A DNA stretch of 64,000 nucleotides from Azolla caroliniana (Eukaryota > Plantae > Polypodiophyta), in NCBI GenBank assembly GCA_043228905.1, contig JBHGNT010000008.1, forward strand, positions 15,438,001 to 15,502,000, in the 5' to 3' direction. Positions within the stretch are counted from its first letter, which is position 1. Each line of letters opens with the position of its first letter. The notes beneath the pieces were generated by a model. It saw only the letters and a program-made list of their open reading frames with translations. It was not told the origin of the DNA and did not search any database. A program made the translations under genes and the position numbers. Shown piece by piece: positions 1 to 10,222 of the stretch.

Positions 1-951
1 CGACACCGAGTCGGTTGACTCGGTTGACTCGGTTGTCGAGTTCGACTTCGGATCTGGATCGGCTGAAGAAGCCGAGGTCGGACCCACGGAAAAGTCCGGA
101 AGCGGACAGAAGGGGAACAGCCGAAGGAGAGAGCCGAAGCCAACCACGCATAGGGAAGATAACATTGTCGAGGGCGAGAAGACCGAAGACAAGTTGGAGA
201 CAGCCAACTCGGACGAGAGCGAAAACCGATAGGAGGTAGCCGAGTCGGTTCGGATGTTTGATTCAGATACACTAAATCAACTGAGGGCCAAGCGGAAAAG
301 AAGGCAGCAGGAGAAGCGCCAACACCGCGACAACAAGGGACCTGCGAAGGGCCATGGGAACAGACAAGCCGGCCAGAAGGGTCGAAGCGCGCGGAGTCGA
401 ACAGGTCGAGGAGCGCGAGCGAGGCGTGGAGCTAGGAGAAGCCAGAGCGTAGGTCCGGCAAAACAGGCGGAACCTCAAGTTGAGCTTGAGGGGGAGTGTT
501 GAGAGACAAGCTCAACATCGGCCGGATCGGCTGAAGAAGCCGAGGACCGGAGCGGTTGGGACCGATCGGTTAGGCCGAATGCGTAAACCGGTACGCAGAC
601 CGGTGCGTAGGTAGGGCCGGATCGGTGCGTAAACCGGGAGGCCGTTAGGAAAGATATTCCATGAGGAATATATTTGGGAGTTAGTGTAGGAGCTCTTAAT
701 GAGCATTGAAGTATTGTTAGTACTTCTGTCAGTCCTTCTCGGACTTGTATAAAAGTGTTCATTGAACACACATATGTATAGAGGATGGTGAATAGAGATT
801 GTGTGCCTTTTTTTTAATACAGTTCTTGTTTTCCTCTCTCACTCTCTCTGTCTCTCCCGCGTATATTGCGTAAGCTCAAGCTCTCCATTAAACCTGAGTT
901 TTCTTCCTTCTGTTCGGTCTTCATACTTGCTTCCGCACGTTACTTTTTACA
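1..951 (+). mobile_element. 3' end of a Ty1/Copia LTR retrotransposon: extended 3' region, PPT and 3' LTR (497-951)
   Basis: PPT GAGGGGGAG (488-496) is followed by TGTTGAGAGACAAGCTCAAC and the LTR ends CTTCCGCACGTTACTTTTTACA. LTR and upstream ORF (..PQVELEGEC) are homologous to the Copia at 46586-51974. Confidence 0.85.
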
Positions 952-1521
952 TTTAGCATACCAGACGACATCTTTTAATGTTGTCGGCCATCATAGGACA
1001 CTCTGCCATATTTTCCTTGCCATAGCGTCCCTAGCATAATGCCCTCCGGCAACGCCGTAGTGTGCTTCACGCAATATTTGGTCTTTTTCATCGCTGCGCA
1101 CCACGTGCCACCATATGCCATCCGCACTTTTATGGTATAGTGTGTCCTGCAGTAGGCAAAAGTGTCGACTTTGTACTACTAATCGTTTCCACTCGTCTCT
1201 GTTCAGCTCCTCTGGAGGTAATCCGTTGCTCAGGAATTGGTGCATGTTAGTGAGCCACTTGTCCTCCTTGGCTACCGTACCATCTGTTGTCGTTTCTGCT
1301 GTGACCCTAAACAACTCTGCGTCCGGAAACTCGTCTAGGATTCCGTCACCGGTTTCACCAGAGCCTAACCGGCTCAAATAATCCGCAACCGCATGTTGTA
1401 TGCCTAGCCGGTGAAATATCTCGAACTCAAATTCCTGTAATAATAACGTCCACCGGGCCAGCTTACCCGTGAGTGATGCTTTTGAGACCAAGTAAAGTAG
1501 CGCCGAATGGTCTACATTCAA
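952..1521 (-). mobile_element. Athila-like Gypsy pol fragment (RNase H end to integrase zinc-binding region), interrupted by the Copia LTR
   Basis: ORF 991-1521 (DHSALLYL..RWTLLLQEFEF..EAHYGVAGGHY) is closely similar to the pol at 62344-63974. A TGG>TGA stop lies at 991. Confidence 0.85.
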
Positions 1522-3394
1522 CCCTAGACAGAAAGTATTTTTATGTGTACCTCACAATTTTAAGACATTGTTTACGGGTAAGTGCGCTAAGTTAGCCCCA
1601 CGGTTTTGTGGACCTTTTACAGTCCTCAAACACATTGGTTCATCAGCCTATCGTCTCGATCTTCCTGATGGCATTGAAATCCATCCAGTTTTTCATGTAA
1701 GTCGTCTAAAAGAACTGCTTGGTTCTGGCTACAATACAGTGACAACTGAAACTATGGTTACTTCTGATCAATTATCTTCTAAGCCACATGTACCAGAAAG
1801 AATTCTCGATGTTAAAGCAAAAAATTGGCGTTTTAAAATAATCCGAGAATTTAAAATTAAATGGATGGATAAGTCTATAAAAGATGTCACATGGGAACAT
1901 GAAAATACTCTTAGAACTAACTTCCCTAACTTTCCATTGCAAGAGTGCAATGTTTTAATGAGGGGGAGTGTCACGGACACACCAACATTACACTATGACA
2001 AAGCACAGATGATGAGGCTACAAGTGTGGAACTTAAGAAGTGATGAGACTAGGAACTGTACAAGCTACGAGTGATGAGACTATGAACTTAGAAAGCTAGG
2101 ATTAACTAGAGAGCGTGAAGACAAACATGAAAATCACGAAGACAATATGGCATGAAACGAGGAAAATAGATTGATGTGTCAATGACTGGCGACGATGGTA
2201 ACTCCAGAAGCAAGGGCGATGACGAAGACGGGTAATGCTTCCAGTTAGAAGGGATTCAACACCGTCATTGGTTCTAGAGTTACCATCATCAACATCCCTT
2301 CGTTTTCTATCTTCCTCGCCATCTCTATCTCTTAGTTTCTTTTGATCATCGTCTTTGTCTTTTCTCTCCTAGTTTCTTCTCATCATCATCGCTATCTTTG
2401 CACTTCTTATCATCTTTCACATCCCTATCTCCTAGTTTCTTCTCATCATCATCTCTATCTCCTAGTTTCTTCTCATCCCTCACATCTCTATCTCCTAGTT
2501 TCTTCTCATCATCATCTCTATCTATGCACTTCTTATCATCTTCCACATCCCTATCTTTGCATTTTTTGTCATTGCCATCCTTCTCCTTGTGTTTCTTACC
2601 GTTTCATCTCTATCTATGTGTTTCTTATTATCTTCATCACTTTCTCTGCGTTTCCTATCACCTTCATCCCTGTCTTTGTGTTTTCTATCATCCTTTGTAT
2701 ATGTGTCATTGTGTTTCTTCAAAACCTCAACATCTCGGTCTCTATGTTTCTAATCCTCATCATTTCTTTCTCCGCTTCCATCATTGCCATAGTCAAAGTC
2801 TCTTTGTCAACATCATTGCCTTCATTGCTTTGTCTTCGATATCATCATCTTCAACCCTCTTGTTGTCGTCATTTCTAATTCCAGATTCGTCATCCATGCT
2901 CCGTCGTAGTTTGCAATTGGTGTGTCCGTGACAGGGAGTATGTTACGGGCATGACCATATAATATCCTGTGGTGAGAATTTACCGTAGTATTCTATACAC
3001 GTGGATAAAGTGTGAGGGTTAAACGAGAGAGTAAAGAAGGGGAGGATTACTTTTAATCCTCACGATTGAGACAACCCATTAGGCCAAGTGTGAACTTGCT
3101 TGGGGGGCTTAGGTCAGGCTATAAATATGAGCCCTAGCTACCCTCATTTGACCCATTATCGACTACGTCGAGACTCTGACATTGTGGTGGGTCAAATCTT
3201 GTAGCGAGCGTGCCAACACCAGGTACGACTCGACGCCACGCCGGTGGTATGGGACGCCGATCAAGGCTCGAGTCCATCTCGATCCCTTCGCTCGAGGGTG
3301 GTCAGGTGGATTAGCACCCTTTTTCTCTCTCTCCTTTCTTATTTATCTATCTTTTATCCTTATCATATGCTTACATTTGATCATCACTCTAACA
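1522..3394 (+). mobile_element. Chromovirus (Gypsy) 3' fragment: integrase C-terminus plus chromodomain, PPT split by an insertion, 3' LTR 2941-3394
   Basis: KLAPRFCGPF..AYRLDLP..IHPVFHVSRLK, then a chromodomain-like PERILD..FKIKW..VTWE. PPT AGGGGGAG; LTR TGTTA...TAACA with TATAAATA at ~3120. Confidence 0.8.
1969..2933. mobile_element. 965-bp non-coding TG...CA element with long terminal inverted repeats and 5-bp TSD (GGGAG)
   Basis: TGTCACGGACACACCAA (1969-1985) is the perfect reverse complement of 2917-2933. GGGAG occurs at 1964-1968 and 2934-2938. Internal CT-rich tandem repeats. Confidence 0.85.
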
Positions 3395-6300
3395 ATTGGC
3401 TTATGGTGGTGTGCTTATCGGTCTGGCACACTTGGACCAGGAGTTGTAAGTTTGTTTTTCAGTGGCAAAAGCTCTCATGCGGTGAGGTTATGATAAATAT
3501 CTGGTTTGAGCTAGTGGCATGGCTATGTGAACGGTATGACTCAATTCAGGGGGAACTAGATGAAGCAGAAAGGGCAAGCTCTAAGTTCTTGTTGAAATGG
3601 GGTGGTTCTCCCATGGTGGTCAAATCTTCGACAAGGCCTAAGTGGAACTACCAGGCGCCTAGGTGGTTGTTTCTGTCGATGGCTCCCAATATTGTAGGTA
3701 TAGCTGAAAAAAGAGTTCATTTGGATAAGTAGAGATTGTGTAAATACGTTTGAATGAGTATAAATGAGTATGTTTCAATTTTTGGGGGGATAGGGGCCGC
3801 ATGAGTTTTGCTGAGTGTTTTTTTTGTTGGTTTTGGAGTTGTTCCTCCGTGCTGTATATAGTAATCCCAGTGTGGATTCGACTTGAACTTTGTTGTATGT
3901 ATTTGGTTTGCGAACTAATGTGAAGTAGTGTTTTTTTGGAATAAATAAATAAAAATAAAGTAGCATATGTACAAAAATATATCACATAACTAGAACATAT
4001 CAAAACATAAACAAATTAATTTTGCGTCTTTATTACAGTCTTTTCAATTAATGAAGTCTTTGATTATTCATAAATGTGCATTATATATTCAAGGTTATAG
4101 GTACATGAATTAAGTTAGGTGACCAAAATGAATGGAAAATGCAAAAGATGATGAAACTCAAATTTTCGTTTTCGATAGGTTATTAATAACATGCCTTAGA
4201 GTGTATTGCGCATGAAGTAAGCATAAAATTGAGCATAAACAATGAGATTATAGATGAGAGAATGAACTCCATATATCATTGTTAGCATTGTGCCCACACA
4301 CTTTCAATGACTTCAGGGAGAGGAAACAAGAAAAGAATTCTATAATAAAACTATTAATTGATGGGTTTTGAGCTTAGACATGGGATGTATTACACCACGA
4401 TCATTACTTTTTGAAATCCAAATTAGAAAAGATGAGTGAGTACAAGTTGTACGGAAAAACATATTACAAAATATGAGTAAATGCACTCTTCTCAATGAAA
4501 TTCACCGTTCTAAAGCAATTGTTAAATTATTTTGTGCTTCCTTCAAGGTGCATGAGTGTTGCAAAAGTGAAGAAGAAATGATCATCATAAAGAGCTCCAT
4601 TGAGGGAATTCATAATGAAGTACTTCATCGGAAAAATAGTTCACATTAAAGTGTTGTATTATGTATAATATAATAATTAAAGTCTAATAAGCAAAGATAT
4701 CGCAAATTTGATGGTCTTCAACACATTGGCACGTCAAAAACAGTCTCTTAAAATGTATGATCATCAAGTAGCACAATACGTTGTATAATGTTCTGCGTAA
4801 TTTTTAGAAAAGTTCTATGCAAACATAATATTGCATGTTCTAAAGAAGGTTAGAGCTACATTTAAAATTCCAGCACTATTGAGAACCTAGCCAATCTTTG
4901 ATATTATATTATGGTGTATTGATTTTCCCTAGCATTTCTGGCGACTTTCTAAAGAAAAAAATATTTCGTTAAAACTCGAGCGCCAATTGATAACGTAAAA
5001 TCTAAGTCATGCATTGGTTTTCTAAAGCATGTTTCCCAATATCCATACCTTTGATGTGGCATCAAAAGCACAATATTGCCAGCAAGATATCCATTGGTTT
5101 CCTACACTAATTTCGCCTTAACAACTTAGCACATATAAACAAATATAGAATTGTCACCCCTCCCCATCTCTCTTTCCCTTAAGGTCATGAGTAGCTTTTT
5201 AACAAGATTCAAAGTTAGCGCAAAAGACGTATGTATGAGAAGCACGCTTCACCATTCAGCCACAAGCCCCAGGGTAGTTGTTAACTTGTCATATGTAAGA
5301 AAACAACGCATCATGCATGATAAGGGATATATAGTTAGTTACCCTTTCCCGTACATCATGCATCATACAAAAAAGGGGTGTCAAATCAAAATATGAATAA
5401 CAACTTCTTAACTCACCATGAGAATTTCTTACTAGAAAGACCTGGGATAGTGGTTGGGACCATATGAAAATAAAGAAGCACAATATATAAGTTTCATTGT
5501 TGTGAACATCTTTAAGACAATTTAAGGCCCTACACTCATGTACAATGAACGATTACAAGCGAATCTTCACAAAATAATATGTAGTCTTTTTTACTTTTAA
5601 ATTGAATATTTATGTCGGCCTAAAATTCAATTGCACATGGTCACTTCAATCAAGCATCTAATGAGTCTCCCTATTGTATAATTCAAATTGTCAATTCAAC
5701 CAACTATCGAGTTTCATCTATCCTCATTTACAAGCATGAAGGTTTTTTCTCATCACCCCACATGAGGTTTTCTCCCCAAACAAGTAGCAAATCACAAATG
5801 TCACATTGTGATGTCATCAATGTAAAGAGTTATCACAATTTATTCCATCCCAAAGAGATGTCATTGGCAAAAGGCCCAAAAAGGAATAATTGGACAAACA
5901 TCAACTATCAATTGTTGACACTATGTCGAAAGGTTCAAAAAGGAATCATTGGACAAACATGTACCATCAATTATTGACTCTAAAACCACAAATAGCAAGA
6001 TGACTTTGAAAGTGTGGTCGGTGTGTCGGGTGCATAAGAACTCTCGTTGGGTATTGATCATTCTAAGGGAACATTGACAAGGCGTAAATAACCTCAGGAC
6101 ATATAATAGGTAGTTTAAGGCAATACAAACAATGTATTGCTAGTGTCTGATTATTGACTTGTAGTGCATTGTTAGCATTTTTTTCCAAAAAAAAGTATTC
6201 TGCATTAGTAGATCATCTGCATACATGTGGAAATGATTAGGCTAAAAACATTACAATGGCTCTAGCCATGATGACCTATAAAAAACCACAAAGAAGCAAA

Positions 6301-7357
6301 GTGAACGACTAAAAAGAATGACATTGGACATCCTATCTGTAATGAACATCTAGCAAAACCCCTTTTTGAGGATGAAGCCTTAGCATCCTAACTACCTTAA
6401 TAGATTGATTAGCAATAACATGTTCTAGATGAGTTGATGGGCTACGTGAAGTAGCATGTATTATGTGTAAACGCAAAAGAAACATTACATTGTGCTTTAC
6501 CATGTAATACTACACCTTCTCTTATCAACATTTTGTGCCCTAAGAACCTTTGAGGTCAACACATAGTCATCCATCCCTCTCTCCTATATGGTAGGCTTAT
6601 CTTGCTACATTGACTTAAAATCGTTAGCTACTAATTTGGCAACAATCTATCTCTCTATGAAATGCTCCTCATGACACAAATATTAAAGGTCAAAAGTGTA
6701 CATGTAATCAAGGACAACCAACTACCTTCAGGCAAAAAATGCTATTTGGTAGCATTCACTTGACCATCACGTTTTTTATCATCCATAGTGACATTGATTT
6801 AAGTTGAGGATGAGGATATCATGAAAGGCCCATATGTAGGCATGAATTTCCCATCAACCCTCTGGGTGTATCTTCGTATAACAACATTCAATCCACTTAA
6901 GTGGCATCACGTCAATGCACAATGCCCCTAAATGAATGTTGCTCAAAATCAAGGGCATTCTACAATGTAAGGGCGCTCAAAAAAATCCCCATGCGTACAT
7001 ATAATTGCGTAAACAACAATGCTTGTGTTAGCTCTCATGAGCATTCAATACAACTCTAAGTGTGTTACGAGCAATTGCTTTAGGAACCAATTCGAAAGCC
7101 AATTTAAATTGTTACTAGGTATGATAAGTAGGAAACCAAATATCCTAGCACTTGGGACAAACCCATGAGGACCTATATGTCTGGGATCACGTGGCTTTGG
7201 GAGCCTAAGGTGTTAGGCTATTTAAAGGCAACTAAGTATCCCCTTGCTTACATCCTAAGATGTTGTTGAAACTTTATTGGTGAGACAAAGCTCTTTTCTA
7301 TTGGATCTTTATGTTCTTTACCTAGTAAAAATGTCTTCTCGTGTGTATGTGTAAATT

Positions 7358-7517
7358 TAGGAACTGGTTTTGCCCTAATCAGTTCAGTTCGGCTTGAGCC
7401 TTGCCAAACCGACCTCAAACCGATTAAGAAGGCTCAAGCTTGAACCGAACTGCCAACCCATTTAAAAACGGTTTAATGGCTCGGTTCAAGCTTAAGCCAA
7501 GTTGTTGCCGACTCCTA
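7358..7517. mobile_element. Degenerate MITE-like element rich in GGTTC/GAACC motifs
   Basis: TAGGA...TCCTA ends, GTTGCCGA subterminal motif and AACCGAAC motifs are shared with the 32300-32746 element. Confidence 0.4.
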
Positions 7518-7518
7518 A

Positions 7519-7810
7519 CTGCAAGAGTGCAATGTTTTGGGAATGATAAGCACAACCTCAGGGTTTTATTCTAAAGCTAATTTAATGGTTTAAGGTTAGG
7601 ATAGTGGGAAACCAATTATCGTTGGACTTGAGAAAAACCCTTCGGGATTGAATATATGCGAGAAAATAGTTGGTGTTTTGGGAGAGTAAGGTGTTCGACT
7701 ATTTACACAAAGACAACTAGAGCCCCCTTTATTATAACATCTAGAAATGTTGTTCAAACTCTATTAGTGAGACAAACACTCTTCTTTTGGATCCATTTGT
7801 CTCGACATCC
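7519..7810 (+). mobile_element. Chromovirus pol-end plus LTR remnant, with a related LTR-like copy at ~7121-7330
   Basis: GCAAGAGTGCAATGTTTT is identical to the pol end at ~1939. The segment ATGTTGTT.AAACT.TATT.GTGAGACAAA occurs in both copies. Confidence 0.45.
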
Positions 7811-8954
7811 AAGGCAAAGGTAATGCTTTGTGGTATGGGACACTGATGATATTTTATCTTCATCTCGTGACCTTCACTCAAGGGTGGTCAATGGTGTTGA
7901 GCAACCTTAGAACATTATTTTCTTAATCCACAGATTCATTCAATAGAATTTCAATTTGTGATAAAGTGGGAACGAAAGCCCTTCTAAGGATATCTACTCC
8001 TCCTCGTTGGTCCATATTTGCACTGCACATGCATTTAATGGGCCAATGACCTGGCAATATTCCTTCAACAAATACCCTAATCAAAGCAAGGTGTGGGGTG
8101 TGTGTGTAAGTAAGTATATATTAATGAGGGAGGTCAATATCTTCCTAATGTAAAGGACATGAACAATACGTTCTGAATACTACAAGGAGTATGAACATCG
8201 ATGTTGACTCTTCACTCCACAAGTGGTGTTTCCAAAATCTCGAAAAATATTGCTCAATATGATAAGTAACAATGATGTAGAAGAGTTATGCCACTATCAC
8301 ACATTAACGCTCGGTGAATACAAGCAAAAGCCTCTTAGATTAGAGGGAATAAAAATTATGAGACGCACATAGTTGGTGCATGGCGAACCACATCAAAGAG
8401 CATAAGAGTTAAGAAGCTTCACTAGATGGTGAATAAGGTCAAATTACATGGGAGGCAGAAGACCCATCTATGATGTATATCCAAAGCTTGGTAAATAATG
8501 TCAGAGTATGACTATTATCATAGATGTTGAAGAACCTATGAAATTCCATGTCAATGGGTGTAATGTAGAATAGAAGACTGCATGATGGACACATGCCAAT
8601 GCATGGTAAATAATGTCAAAGTGTGACAAGTACATGAGAGGCAAAAGAAGTCACCCACACCCTTTCAAGAAGGTGGGCAAATGACATTCCAGTAATTGGG
8701 CAGTATCGTGGAATACAAGAGAGCATAGACCGGACCATGCCAAGTGTTTGAGATGCAGAGAGAGACGACACAACACACAACATTGGGACGGTAGAATAAA
8801 GCCATGAGCACGAAAGGTAATGGAGTGACGAAAGAACCTACGAGTGATAGGAGTGCGAGTGCAACAAACATGCCATGCTTGTGTGTGTATGTGTATTATG
8901 TGTATGTGTATGTGTGTGTACATATATGAAGGGTCCACAACATGGCCATTAACC

Positions 8955-8995
8955 ATGGCTTCTCAATAGAATCTTCTCCTCACAATGGCTTGGGG

Positions 8996-9048
<53 letters not shown>

Positions 9049-9121
9049 CCATGGCTTTTCAAGAGAATCTTCTCCTCACGATGGTTTGGGGATACATATA
9101 ACACATACATATACATATATG

Positions 9122-9150
<29 letters not shown>
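8955..9150. repeat. Duplicated ~50-bp unit, each copy followed by (ATACAT)n, then (ATGTAT)n
   Basis: CATGGCTT.TCAA.AGAATCTTCTCCTCAC.ATGG.TTGGGGATACATAT occurs twice. Confidence 0.8.
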
Positions 9151-9153
<3 letters not shown>

Positions 9154-9414
9154 ATGTATATGCGTATATGTGTAGCCTGTAGGTATATGTATCCTTTCTC
9201 TTCAGGTCATCCTTAAAAAACGAGCAAGAAAAAGAAAAGACAGAGAGAGATGTGGGGTCCACGCAATCCCCGACCGGCTGTAGCCCGTCGCATCCCGGAG
9301 GAACCGGAGATAGCCCGTCGCTCGAATATGGCGCCGCGTGGCATGCCACGTGGAAAGCAGACAAAAAAAGGAAGCGAAAGAAAGAGAGAGAAAGAGAAGA
9401 GCCTCTCTTTCCTC

Positions 9415-9427
9415 CCCTCTCTCTCTT

Positions 9428-9463
<36 letters not shown>

Positions 9464-9466
9464 TCT

Positions 9467-9501
<35 letters not shown>

Positions 9502-9711
9502 TCTCTCTCTCTCTCTCTTTCTCACACACACACACACACACTCTCTCTCTCTCTCTCTCACACACACACTCTCTCTCTCTGTCTCTCTGCAGAACAAAAG
9601 TTGCAGAAGAAGATGCAGACGAAGCAGAAGCTCTGATTCTTCCTTCGATTTCTGCTGCTGCTTCTTCTTCTTCTTCTTCTTCTTCTTCTTCTTCCTTGTT
9701 GCATGCATCTC

Positions 9712-9764
<53 letters not shown>

Positions 9765-9850
9765 GTGTTCTTCTTCTTACCTGATTTAATCTCTGCTTTG
9801 ATGTGATCTCTGCTTTGATGTGATCTCTGCTTTGATATGATCTCTGCTTT
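9415..9850. repeat. Compound microsatellites (CT)n/(CA)n and (CTT)n, plus a 17-bp tandem repeat, upstream of the RLK
   Basis: Directly visible. TGATCTCTGCTTTGATG repeats about four times at ~9789-9850. Confidence 0.95.
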
Positions 9851-10222
9851 ACGCATATCCTTTTCCTCCTGTATCCCCTTTCTGTCGCTGCGTACCTGTT
9901 TCGACAATTTCGTCGCGTTTTCTGCTCTTTTGATGATGGCTCCTCTCCATTCCTCAGCTCGGTAAGATCGCAGTCGCCGCTTTCCCTTCAGCTTAATTCT
10001 CCAGCGATAATTCGCTGGAGCTCTTCCATCTTCGGCTACTGCATTTCTTCTTCAACCATGGCCATCTCTGCAGGCAGACCTGGATAAACTATGGATCCAA
10101 ACTACTGCGCAAAAAAAAAATTCCTCCAAACGGTATATATATAATTCACGCTCGATTCCTTGATAAGAATTCTCTGAATATATATAAGTCTCCATCACCA
10201 TCGGCTTTCGAGAGCTATCATC

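Noticed and set aside
2342-2931. Overlapping ORFs and a CRISPR-like look of the repeats
   Set aside because: Low-complexity tandem repeats without unique spacers or cas genes, in eukaryotic DNA.
3244-3732. 162-aa ORF
   Set aside because: It starts inside an LTR and has no recognisable domain. It may be a TE relic but this cannot be supported.
4000-7100. Possible decayed DNA-transposase sequence
   Set aside because: No motif could be read with confidence.
9059-9907. Several long ORFs
   Set aside because: Artefacts of microsatellites.
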